IMG/VR virus record: IMGVR_UViG_3300042891_002161
Source of the DNA: a virus
Taxonomy: Duplodnaviria; Heunggongvirae; Uroviricota; Caudoviricetes
Reading direction: 5' to 3' (one strand)
DNA length: 64,000 nucleotides
Below the pieces are notes generated by a model, which saw nothing but the letters and a program-made list of their open reading frames with translations, was not told the DNA's origin and ran no database searches. The stretch's first letter is position 1. Each line of letters begins with the position of its first letter. The translations under genes were made by a program, and so were the position numbers. This document shows positions 7,485 through 16,327 of this stretch, piece by piece.

Positions 7485-7572
7485 TGGGTGTCGTACGGGA
7501 TTTGAACCCGTCCCCTAACTTTCACAGAGTTAGATGCTCGTCCGAAGACTCACCGCTGACAATAACGACACC
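7485..7572 (-). tRNA. second tRNA-His-like gene (GUG) with a ~12-nt hairpin insertion in the D region
   Basis: G-GTGTCGT acceptor pairing with ACGACAC, C73 and CA. Anticodon arm TAACT-CTGTGAA-AGTTA. T-arm ACGGGTTCAAATCCCGT. An extra GTC-TTCG-GAC tetraloop hairpin sits in the D region. Confidence 0.5.
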
Positions 7573-7579
7573 ATATAAA

Positions 7580-7618
7580 ACAAAAAAGTCCGAACTTTTT
7601 TGAAGTTCGGACTTTTGA
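7580..7618. terminator. bidirectional rho-independent terminator
   Basis: Perfect 12-bp inverted repeat AAGTCCGAACTT/AAGTTCGGACTT, flanked by an A-run and a T-run. Confidence 0.65.
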
Positions 7619-7835
7619 AATATTGTTCTTTATATAAATAGACTTGTTACATCTTATTTGAGAGCAATACACTTTCAGTACCGAACTGGTTGCTAAACCA
7701 CTTATTCGATTTACTAAAATGTTTATGTGTATTATTTGTTCTCATTGTAATTATATATTAAAAAGTTTTTGTTCCTTTTGTTGTTTTTGTTCTTATTTTA
7801 TACAAATATAGATAAAAGTTTTAAATCTACCTAAT

Positions 7836-8177
7836 TTATTTTAAAATATTTTTTATTTTTTCATTTCTTCCTACCATTTTATAGACTGATACTGTCTTTG
7901 AACCAAATCTTTTTTTAGACTTACCAGAATACTGGTATTCTTCGTTTGGTTCCATTTTAACAGAAATATATCTAACACTTAGATATCCGTCTGTTGTCAA
8001 ATCGGATAGGTGATTTGATATAACTTTATCATCATAACCAAACCAATAATGGTCGTGTTTTGATTTTTTGATTTGTTTAATTAAAGATTCAGTTGTAAAT
8101 TCAACTTCTGTCTCTAAAAAATTTGCTCTTAGGTAATTAACAACATCGTGTTTTTCCCATTGCCATAATGATTTCAT
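7836..8177 (-). CDS. hypothetical protein
   Basis: 113-aa ORF with no recognisable motif. Confidence 0.5.
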   Translation of the reverse strand: MKSLWQWEKHDVVNYLRANFLETEVEFTTESLIKQIKKSKHDHYWFGYDDKVISNHLSDLTTDGYLSVRYISVKMEPNEEYQYSGKSKKRFGSKTVSVYKMVGRNEKIKNILK

Positions 8178-8315
8178 AATTTCCTTTTTTAATTTTTAAG
8201 GAAATTTCTAACGTGAATTTCAATAACGGCTCCACTGACTATTTACAGTTATCAGTTCTGTTTTGTTATACAAATATAAGATGGATTTTTTAATCCACCA
8301 AATTATTTTTAATTT

Positions 8316-8528
8316 TTATCCTCCGTAGGCAGAAGTTATATAACCACCCTTAACTCTAAAGTTAATTCTATTAGATTTAACTTCCATAGTAAGCATTTTA
8401 GATTGACCATCAACCTCAACAACTCTTACTTCAAATCCACCATCATTAGCATATTGTGTTGCTTCTTCTAATGATTTTCCTAAATATTCTCTTTCGGTAA
8501 TCATACCATTATCTCTTAAATAAGCCAT
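8316..8528 (-). CDS. hypothetical protein
   Basis: 70-aa ORF. Confidence 0.45.
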   Translation of the reverse strand: MAYLRDNGMITEREYLGKSLEEATQYANDGGFEVRVVEVDGQSKMLTMEVKSNRINFRVKGGYITSAYGG

Positions 8529-8627
8529 AATTTATTTTTCTTTTTATATAATAAAATTAGTAATTTGTTTTTTTATAAAATTGCAAACATGATTTTTAAT
8601 ATATACACTAAAATATAAAACTACAAA

Positions 8628-9167
8628 ATGGATTTAAATAATTATTTAAGAAAAGACTATGCTACCCCATCCACATATTATGGATATTCAAGTGACTCAA
8701 ATGCTGCTTCTACAGATTTTAATTGGTCTATTAGAAAGGTAACAACATCTGGTAATGTTGAAACTGTTACTTGGACTAATGGTGATCCTGGAAAACCATT
8801 TGCTAAATGGAATGATAGAGTTAACTCATTCGCAACACCAACTGGTTCATTAGGTCTTACATGTAGTAAAGGAACTCAAATAGGAAATAATGTACCATTA
8901 AATATCACTTGGAACCAATTATCTGGTGTTAATAGATATCAAGTAGTTGTTTCAAAAAATAGTATAGTTTACTCAGATTTGGGATCTCAAATTTATTATA
9001 ATCCAAACACAAATCAAATTACTAAAGAGATAGTAAATGATGGTATTTATATTTATAATTTTGCTGAGTCAACTAATGGTCTTTCACCAAGTAATATTTA
9101 CTCTATTACAGTAACAGCTGTTAATGTTGCTGGATCTTCAGCATCAACTGTTACTATTACTACTTAA
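8628..9167 (+). CDS. Ig/FN3-like beta-sandwich protein (possible capsid decoration or adhesin)
   Basis: C-terminal YSITVTAVNVAGSSASTVTITT, Thr/Ser-rich strands and a WTNGDPG motif. A TAATATATAC motif lies about 21 nt upstream. Confidence 0.45.
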   Translation: MDLNNYLRKDYATPSTYYGYSSDSNAASTDFNWSIRKVTTSGNVETVTWTNGDPGKPFAKWNDRVNSFATPTGSLGLTCSKGTQIGNNVPLNITWNQLSGVNRYQVVVSKNSIVYSDLGSQIYYNPNTNQITKEIVNDGIYIYNFAESTNGLSPSNIYSITVTAVNVAGSSASTVTITT

Positions 9168-9564
9168 TAACTTCTTTGATAGATTCAGAAACCATTTTCT
9201 TATCAGCCGGAAGAGTTGCAAATTCTTTCATAATAGCACCGATTTGAGTGATGCCAGAATTTACAAGTTCTGTTACTTTAGCAGTAACTTCTTCTTTAGA
9301 CATTTGTGTTGGAAGGTAAACTTCAACAATAGCCAATTCAAGTTTAGATTTTTCGTCATTGCTCAAAGTGATAGTTTCTTTTAAAGACTTAACAGTTTTT
9401 GTTAAAATCTTCATTACCTCAGCATCTGAAAGATTATCAGAACCAATATTCTTTTCTACGGTTTGAATTTCTCCTTTAACAACAGATAGTATGCTTTTTG
9501 CTACCATGTTTTTAGACTTAAATGCTGTCATAAAGTCTGCGTTGATTTTTTCTTTCAGTGTCAT
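9160..9564 (-). CDS. GatB/YqeY domain protein
   Basis: Full-length match of the pattern to bacterial YqeY (DFMTAFKSKN...LSVVKGEIQTVEKN...LSDAEV..IL.K.VKSLKET...EL.IVE.YLP.QMS.EEV...V.ELV...G....IG.IMK). Confidence 0.7.
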   Translation of the reverse strand: MTLKEKINADFMTAFKSKNMVAKSILSVVKGEIQTVEKNIGSDNLSDAEVMKILTKTVKSLKETITLSNDEKSKLELAIVEVYLPTQMSKEEVTAKVTELVNSGITQIGAIMKEFATLPADKKMVSESIKEVIK

Positions 9565-9597
9565 ATTATTTCTATTTACTTATTTACAATTAAAAAA

Positions 9598-9736
9598 GAA
9601 GATGTTTGGAACGCCTGTCAAGTATGGTCGGAATCCGAGAACCTTTATCTTGACTTTTAGTGACCTCATCACTTAGGATTACCTTTTAATATGCTTTCGC
9701 CTCGGTTGAGCAGTGTTACCATTCTGCTCGTTTTAA
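9598..9736 (+). ncRNA. candidate small structured RNA ending in an intrinsic terminator
   Basis: Nested inverted repeats (GTCAAG...CTTGAC enclosing TCGGAaTCCGA; AGTGA...TCACT), then GAGCAG-tgttaccatt-CTGCTC followed by GTTTTAATCTTCTTT. No plus-strand CDS lies here. Confidence 0.3.
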
Positions 9737-10048
9737 TCTTCTTTGAGTTGGGTTTAATCATTAGTTATTTGAGACATCTATCACCAACACGACTTTGACA
9801 TCTACACCCTTACTATTTATCATATAGTTATATTACAAGGTAGTTCACTGTGTTTAACAAGGGTGTTAACTTATTTAACAGCTACTTACTACCATAATTT
9901 CGTTAAGACTCACACCGTTTTATCATATTATTAATGTGAAATCTTTCAATCTGTTGATTTCTCAACTTTTGCCTTAACGACTCTTTGTTTGTTATACAAA
10001 TGTATAAAGAAAGTTTTAATTTACCAAATAAATTTTAATATATAGAGT

Positions 10049-11713
10049 ATGTCAGACATGAAATATTTAATGTTATTTGAAGCTTTTGAATCCAATGCTT
10101 TATCAAAAATGATGACCTTTTTAGGTAACAAAGTAGATAATAATTCTAAAGGAAGATTCCAAGATAAATTAAAAAGATTAATTAGTAATTTTGATATTCC
10201 TATTGATAAAATAGTTGATAAAGATGTTAAGTATCTTAACAGAAATCAGGCTCTTAAATTAAAGAATGAAGAAAGATCTGATAGTGGTCTTTATTGTTTG
10301 AAATTTTGGTTTTCAATGGATGAGGGGTTTTTAGGATTTACAGGTACCGGAAATAGAACCATGGATTTTAATGAGTATCTTGAAGGTAATAGGAGAAGAA
10401 GAAGATCATCGGAAAAAAATGAACCTTTTAGTAATAAAGAATTAAATTATATTAAAAATGATTTAGATATTAAAACCGGAAAACTTACACCACTTAAAGA
10501 CTATGAGGATTTAAGACACGGTCAATTAGTTGTTGGTTTTTTTTCAGATGATGAAGATGATGAGTCAAGAATAGGATTGTCTAAAATTTGGAGAGATGGT
10601 AGTAGAATATTTGCTATACAAGATGTTGCTTCTGGTGGAACACCTGATTATGATGTAGATGGTGAATCATGGAGTGATTGGAGAAGTGGTAATCAATTTA
10701 GGTATTCTTGGTCATTGGACACTGTTGATTCGCCTGGTAATGATCATCACAAATTACATATTTATACACCATCAGATGAGCCTTTAAGAATAGAAGGTGT
10801 TAAAAAAGAAGAAGAAGAAGAAGAAGTTAAAGTATCAAGTCCATTTGACTTTAATCTACCATTAAATAGTAGTTATGAATTAAGAGAGTGGGGTGAAACA
10901 TCTTACTCAATAGATGAGTATAAAATGGTTGAAAATTCCGACTTTGCTATTGTTTTAATGATTGATGATATACTTAAATCTGTTAAAAAGAAAGTTACAC
11001 AACTTAGAACAGATAGATTAGAATTAAGACAAGGAGCTAGTAAACTAATGTCAGATGACCAAATTAAAACGGCTAATATTGAAAGATATTTAACTATTTT
11101 AATTAGTAAAATGGGTATTAAAAGTGATGTTAAAGAATTAAAAAATCTTCAAAAGTTAGTTATAAAGTCTATATGTAATGATTTTGCTTTTATTTCTATT
11201 TATAAAGGTAGACCAGGATTTGATGGCTTAAATAGTATAACCAGAGATATCTATAATATGATGAAAGTTGAAGATAAGAGTGATAAAGAATACTACTTAA
11301 AATCTATAATTAATAGATTCAAGTCATTAAATTCATCTTCAGAAGATTATATTAGAAGTTATATGCAGGGTCTTAAAATTATTAATGATAGTAATATAGA
11401 GCCAATTAAAGAACTATTCAAAATACTTATGAATATTGGTAAGAAAATAAAAGATTATTTACTATCTCAAAATATTCAAACGCTTGAAGATTTAAGAATG
11501 GTTATGGCTAAGTTAAAGTCTATTAATATTTTAGTAGGTGATGATGAATTTTCATTTAATGGATATACACGTTCTATTTTAAATGAGCTTCATTATGATA
11601 ATGATGTTAAATATTACATGAATGAATATAATGAAAGAAGAGAGCCACAAATTTTAGAAGATATTAAAAAGGCTAAACATATTGAAAGATACATTGACTC
11701 CTTATTGAGATAA
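10049..11713 (+). CDS. hypothetical protein with a CTS-like N-terminus, a poly-Arg run and a poly-Glu run
   Basis: 554 aa. N-terminus MSDMKYLMLFEAFESN. Contains RRRRR and EEEEEE runs. Confidence 0.6.
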   Translation: MSDMKYLMLFEAFESNALSKMMTFLGNKVDNNSKGRFQDKLKRLISNFDIPIDKIVDKDVKYLNRNQALKLKNEERSDSGLYCLKFWFSMDEGFLGFTGTGNRTMDFNEYLEGNRRRRRSSEKNEPFSNKELNYIKNDLDIKTGKLTPLKDYEDLRHGQLVVGFFSDDEDDESRIGLSKIWRDGSRIFAIQDVASGGTPDYDVDGESWSDWRSGNQFRYSWSLDTVDSPGNDHHKLHIYTPSDEPLRIEGVKKEEEEEEVKVSSPFDFNLPLNSSYELREWGETSYSIDEYKMVENSDFAIVLMIDDILKSVKKKVTQLRTDRLELRQGASKLMSDDQIKTANIERYLTILISKMGIKSDVKELKNLQKLVIKSICNDFAFISIYKGRPGFDGLNSITRDIYNMMKVEDKSDKEYYLKSIINRFKSLNSSSEDYIRSYMQGLKIINDSNIEPIKELFKILMNIGKKIKDYLLSQNIQTLEDLRMVMAKLKSINILVGDDEFSFNGYTRSILNELHYDNDVKYYMNEYNERREPQILEDIKKAKHIERYIDSLLR

Positions 11714-12064
11714 GGAATCAATCTCTTTTTTACGTTCATCAATCTCATATATCAAAGCCAAACAATCACTTTTTAACTTTTTTAATTCTTTTGCTTCTGT
11801 TATACTAACCTTTTTTAACTCAGATTCAATCGTATCTATTTCAGTTTGTATAGATTTTCCTATTTTATCTAATTCTAATTTTATAGTAGATTGTATATCA
11901 GGTATTAATGATTTGTAATAAGGATTATTATAAATAACTTCTTTATACTGATAAGGATCAAATTTTTTTACCAGTTCAATAAGATGTTTCAGTATTTCTT
12001 CTTCAGTTAGAGATCTTTTGAGATTCTCTAATAACGAATTGATATCTTTAGGTTTGCGAGCCAT
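11702..12064 (-). CDS. hypothetical coiled-coil protein
   Basis: The track start at 12151 overlaps smpB. The likely start is MARKPKD at 12064, directly after the smpB stop. Confidence 0.5.
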   Translation of the reverse strand: MARKPKDINSLLENLKRSLTEEEILKHLIELVKKFDPYQYKEVIYNNPYYKSLIPDIQSTIKLELDKIGKSIQTEIDTIESELKKVSITEAKELKKLKSDCLALIYEIDERKKEIDSLSQ

Positions 12065-12065
12065 T

Positions 12066-12500
12066 TTACATACTACGACGGATCTCACGATCCATATCTC
12101 TTTTTTTGATTGTTTCTCTTTTATCGTATAACTTTTTCCCTTTAACAACACCCAATTTAACTTTAACTCTGTTATGTGCTGTAAATATTTCTAACGGAAC
12201 CATAGTTGTTCCTTTATCTTGAAGTAATTTTTCAATTCTATCAATTTCTTTCCGATTAAGAAGTAATTTCTTATCTCTATTTTCATCATGTGGTTGAAAT
12301 GCGTGACTTTGTGAGTATCTAGCAACTTTCATGTTTTTAATCCAAATTTCACCTTTTTGTATGTAAGCAAAACAATCAGCAATAGTTACATTACCTTTTC
12401 TAATAGATTTAACCTCGCTACCCAATAGCATTACACCTGCGTCAAAGTCTTCCAACACAAAGTATTCATAATACGCTTTTCTATTAGTTGTTATTTTCAT
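12066..12500 (-). CDS. smpB: SsrA-binding protein SmpB
   Basis: Alignable along its length to bacterial SmpB (KAYYEYFVLEDFDAGVMLLGSEVKSIR.G...IADCFA...GE.W..N..V.....S.....D..R.KKLLLNRKEID..EK....KG.T.VPL.......VKV.L.V.KGKK.YDKRETIKKRD..REI.R). Confidence 0.85.
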   Translation of the reverse strand: MKITTNRKAYYEYFVLEDFDAGVMLLGSEVKSIRKGNVTIADCFAYIQKGEIWIKNMKVARYSQSHAFQPHDENRDKKLLLNRKEIDRIEKLLQDKGTTMVPLEIFTAHNRVKVKLGVVKGKKLYDKRETIKKRDMDREIRRSM

Positions 12501-13083
12501 AGTTACAAATATAGTTATAATCTTTTAATTTATCAAATGATACTAGTATATCATCTCCATTCTCACCGAATCTATTCTTTATTACTTTCATTGATTCATC
12601 TTGCATTATAATAGCCACATCACTTGCATAAATTGGCTTACTGCCACCTTTGAAATTTGTAATACTAGCATCATCAACACTCTTTCCACTACTATATAGT
12701 GATGTTAATATTAAAAGTTTATAAGGTGGTGTTTGAGGGTAAACACCAGAATAATTTGAGTATAAATCTTCTCTGATTTTACCAATAATATTTCCTATTT
12801 GATTTTGTCTACCTCCCAAATCATCTGAATTAAATCTGATATCATTTAAATCTAAAACAAGATACTCTGGATTGTTTACAGTGTTACCAGTTTCTAAAAT
12901 TGATTGAAGTTTCAAATCTCTTAAAAAAGATTTAAAAGAAAAAGACGAGTCTATTTCAGGAACCACCAGGTGAGGTAGTTTAGAAATAATCTCGTCTTTG
13001 AGTCTTTCCTGCTTGAATCTATACCCCAAAAGAGATATATCAGATTTTTGTATTAATTCAAAAAAATATTCAATGTTTTTCAT
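12484..13083 (-). CDS. hypothetical protein
   Basis: 199-aa ORF. Confidence 0.5.
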   Translation of the reverse strand: MKNIEYFFELIQKSDISLLGYRFKQERLKDEIISKLPHLVVPEIDSSFSFKSFLRDLKLQSILETGNTVNNPEYLVLDLNDIRFNSDDLGGRQNQIGNIIGKIREDLYSNYSGVYPQTPPYKLLILTSLYSSGKSVDDASITNFKGGSKPIYASDVAIIMQDESMKVIKNRFGENGDDILVSFDKLKDYNYICNYENNN

Positions 13084-13094
13084 TTGACTTTATT

Positions 13095-13463
13095 TTAAAA
13101 GTCAGTGTCAGTGTTGTCAATAGAATCAACTGATTCAGATGGTGCTAATAAACCATCAATAATTTCAGTTAATTTTTTCTTAGTTACAGCCCCGTGTGTT
13201 GATTCAACAATTTGACCATCTTTATAAAAGAAGATTGTTGGAATATTTCTAACACCAAGTTCCATGACTTTATCTCTGTTTGCATCAGCATCACATTTAC
13301 CAACTTTAATTTGATCAACATAATCTGAAGAGATTTGATCCACAATAGGAGAAATCATTTTACAAGGACCACACCAAGGTGCCCAAATGTCAACAAGTAC
13401 TATTCCTTCTTTAACGAAATCATCATAGTTCTCACCGTTTAATTCTGTTATATATGCTACCAT
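13095..13463 (-). CDS. thioredoxin
   Basis: Active site WAPWCGPCK with a thioredoxin-fold context (VLVDIWA...C.M..P). Confidence 0.85.
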   Translation of the reverse strand: MVAYITELNGENYDDFVKEGIVLVDIWAPWCGPCKMISPIVDQISSDYVDQIKVGKCDADANRDKVMELGVRNIPTIFFYKDGQIVESTHGAVTKKKLTEIIDGLLAPSESVDSIDNTDTDF

Positions 13464-13507
13464 AATAATATTTTATTTTATTTTTATATTGAATTTATTG
13501 ATAAAGT

Positions 13508-14818
13508 TTAAAATGACCAGATATCATTATTCTTCTTCTCAATAACCTCTTCTATATTTAGTATTTTATTTACTTTTCCTCTTGTATCATTAACAATCTT
13601 TTTTCTAACAGAAAGTTCTAATAATAACATTGTTTGTTCATCTAAAATAATATTTTTATCAACCTTAACACTTTCTAAAATAGAAATCGCTACAATTGGA
13701 TCTTCTTTGAATGTATCTAAGAATTTTTTAATGACATCAATTTGCTCAGAAATTTTTAAACCTTTTAAGTTCTCAATAGAATCTGGCGCATATTTAACAA
13801 ATCTTTGCAACAATTCAAAATCATCATTACTTACTTCTCTATCAATATAATGAACATCATTAAAGAAATAATAAAGTTTAGACCACATATCTTTTAGACT
13901 TTGGTCTTTACCATAAATATTTCTCATATAGAATAAGAAGTCAGTTGACTTAAATATTTTATTAAGATTACTATCTTCAAATATTTGTGGAAGATTGCTA
14001 TAAACTATTTTTTCAAAATCGTCAGTTAATGGAATTTCTGTTACTTCTGTTTTAACTTCTCTAGAAACTAAATAGTAAAGTTCAACTTTTTCACCTGTCT
14101 TTGTTAAGACATACTCTTCCGCTTCTAAATCTCTTGACATTTGAAAATATGGTGATAATAAATCCTTATTATCTTTACACATTTCTAAATATCTCTCTCT
14201 GAATCTTAACTTTATTCTATCAATGAATCTATAGGTTAGAGCGTATTGAATAATTTTAAATTCAAATTCATCAAGCTTGGCTTTTAATTCTTTAGATTTT
14301 TTAGCTATACGAACTGCTGTATGAGAAGGTGTCATTAGGTTTGAAACTTTTAATTCACCTGTTTTTAAGAATTCTTCAAATTCGTAAGTCCAGTATATTT
14401 TATCATTATCAATATCATAGCCAATTCTAGTTGCATTAATATCAAATGATTTAATGATTAAAGAAGGGTCTGATGTGTTTGATTTATACTTAATAGTATT
14501 AAACATATCGTCTCTCTCAGACTCAACTATAGAATAGAAATCTTTGGTATAATTATTAAAATTCATACCATTGTAGTCTTCATAATACTTTGTTTCTTTT
14601 TCTTGATAATTAAAAAGAGACTTCTTATTAGTGTCTATTTCTTTTTCAATACCATCAAAAACAAAGATGTCAATATCATTGACCACAGCTTTGTTGCCTG
14701 ATACCAATTCCCAAACAATGTTTGCGATGGCACCTCCAGCGACAAATCCGTGTAGGGGCAAGCCCCACTCAGACTTGATTCTATCTATAGCCTGTCTTCC
14801 TAGAGATTCTATATTCAT
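13508..14818 (-). CDS. nucleotidyltransferase-superfamily (Pol-beta-like) protein, possibly tRNA-NT/poly(A)-polymerase-head-like
   Basis: The N-terminal FVAGGAIANIVWELVSGNKAVVNDIDIFVF fits the hG[GS]-x(9-18)-DhD NTase signature and resembles the class II CCA-enzyme GGAVRD...DIDI. Confidence 0.4.
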   Translation of the reverse strand: MNIESLGRQAIDRIKSEWGLPLHGFVAGGAIANIVWELVSGNKAVVNDIDIFVFDGIEKEIDTNKKSLFNYQEKETKYYEDYNGMNFNNYTKDFYSIVESERDDMFNTIKYKSNTSDPSLIIKSFDINATRIGYDIDNDKIYWTYEFEEFLKTGELKVSNLMTPSHTAVRIAKKSKELKAKLDEFEFKIIQYALTYRFIDRIKLRFRERYLEMCKDNKDLLSPYFQMSRDLEAEEYVLTKTGEKVELYYLVSREVKTEVTEIPLTDDFEKIVYSNLPQIFEDSNLNKIFKSTDFLFYMRNIYGKDQSLKDMWSKLYYFFNDVHYIDREVSNDDFELLQRFVKYAPDSIENLKGLKISEQIDVIKKFLDTFKEDPIVAISILESVKVDKNIILDEQTMLLLELSVRKKIVNDTRGKVNKILNIEEVIEKKNNDIWSF

Positions 14819-14831
14819 AAATAAATTTTAA

Positions 14832-15602
14832 TTACATTAACATTTCATCAATAGCGTCAAACTCTTTCTTAGTTTCACGAACTAAGATAGCTCTTCCGTT
14901 ACGAATTTGTGATTTAACTGTTGATAGGTTTAGGTTAAGTTTATCAGAGATATCTTTATAAGACATTCTTTTTAACTCACGCATTTCAATTACATCACGA
15001 TAAGGATTCTTCAAGTTCTGAATATGTTTCTTCATAATGTCAGCTTTCTTAGCATGAATCTCATGCATGAAATTGTCACCTTCGTCTTCTTGAATGAAGT
15101 CTTTCATTGTTGTGCCTTCATCATCAAACTCAATATCTAATGACATTGTTTTCTTTTCGTTTTTAAGGTCTTGTAATGCTAGATTTTTTGCTATTGTAAA
15201 TAGCCAGGTAGAGAATTGAGATTTTTCTTTTTCATATTTCTCAATCTTCTCAAAAGCCGCCATGAATGAATCTGTTGAGATATCTTCTGCCTTTTGAGGG
15301 TCATTAGTAATTTTAGCTGTAAAATATACTAGTTTTGGGTAATACTTTGTGTACAATGAAGAGAAGTCTTTACCCGTTCTTTCTCTAAAGATTTTTTCTT
15401 GTTCACTGAATAAAATCGCTTTTGATTCCATAATTTGCCGTTTCTTTTTTTGTTGAGGAGTCATTAATTCATCCTCAATATTGCCTTCTTTTGCCGTTAA
15501 TGGTGATTGCTCACCCGAATAATTTATATCATATATATCAGCAAAAGTTGTGTCTGTTTCAAAGTTTTTTTCACTTTGATTTTCTAGTTTTATTTCTATC
15601 AT
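14832..15602 (-). CDS. sigma-70 family (ECF-like) RNA polymerase sigma factor
   Basis: Region 2-like FMAAFEKIEKYEKEKSQFSTWLFTIAKNLALQDLK. Region 4.2-like helix-turn-helix MRELKRMSYKDISDKLNLNLSTVKSQIRNGRAILV. Confidence 0.75.
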   Translation of the reverse strand: MIEIKLENQSEKNFETDTTFADIYDINYSGEQSPLTAKEGNIEDELMTPQQKKKRQIMESKAILFSEQEKIFRERTGKDFSSLYTKYYPKLVYFTAKITNDPQKAEDISTDSFMAAFEKIEKYEKEKSQFSTWLFTIAKNLALQDLKNEKKTMSLDIEFDDEGTTMKDFIQEDEGDNFMHEIHAKKADIMKKHIQNLKNPYRDVIEMRELKRMSYKDISDKLNLNLSTVKSQIRNGRAILVRETKKEFDAIDEMLM

Positions 15603-15628
15603 AAAGATTTTTTTTCATTGTTTTCATT

Positions 15629-15937
15629 TTATTGATTTATTATTTGGTTAATTTTTCTATCGCGCAGGTCAGCAAAGGTACCGAAATTAATCAGATTTAT
15701 TTGACAAACTTTACCTTTGTTTTCATCATCGGAACATATCCAAACACTTACTCGTTCAATATCATTTGACGGTGAATAAGAAGCAGTTCTTAACTCATAT
15801 TCTTTATGAATAGTTAGTCTACTATGATTTTCTTCAGGTTCACCACCTAAATAATAAAGTGTTCTTTCTTCTTTACTTTTTGATTGTATTTCAGAAATAT
15901 ACTTTATATGTGGAAATTTTAGTTTATCAAAATCCAT
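15629..15937 (-). CDS. hypothetical protein
   Basis: 102-aa ORF. Confidence 0.5.
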   Translation of the reverse strand: MDFDKLKFPHIKYISEIQSKSKEERTLYYLGGEPEENHSRLTIHKEYELRTASYSPSNDIERVSVWICSDDENKGKVCQINLINFGTFADLRDRKINQIINQ

Positions 15938-15938
15938 A

Positions 15939-16322
15939 TTAATTTAATATTTCGTCAATTTTTTTGTTTCTTTTATCAGCAGCAGTTGTAATCCAAGTAA
16001 TCTCACTAGAAATAACCCAAGTCTTATCAACCATATCAGTCAATCTTTTTTTATTATAATCTGTATTATACTCAGACTGATTTGATTTAATCTCAATAAC
16101 TTCAATCTTTGATAATTTATCAGTTGATTCCAACTCACCTATTTCACATACTACTTCAACTGTGCTTTTTCTAGTTGTGAGAGCATCAGTTACAGAAAAA
16201 CTTTTCTCTAATAAACCTCGTCTTGAATACTTTTCAACAATTGGTACTGGCTTTTTCTTCCACTTAATAAAACCAATTGGAACACCTAAAATAAATCCTA
16301 TTAAAATTCCTAAATATATCAT
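15939..16322 (-). CDS. hypothetical membrane-anchored protein
   Basis: N-terminal transmembrane helix MIYLGILIGFILGVPIGFI. Confidence 0.5.
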   Translation of the reverse strand: MIYLGILIGFILGVPIGFIKWKKKPVPIVEKYSRRGLLEKSFSVTDALTTRKSTVEVVCEIGELESTDKLSKIEVIEIKSNQSEYNTDYNKKRLTDMVDKTWVISSEITWITTAADKRNKKIDEILN

Positions 16323-16327
16323 TGTTA

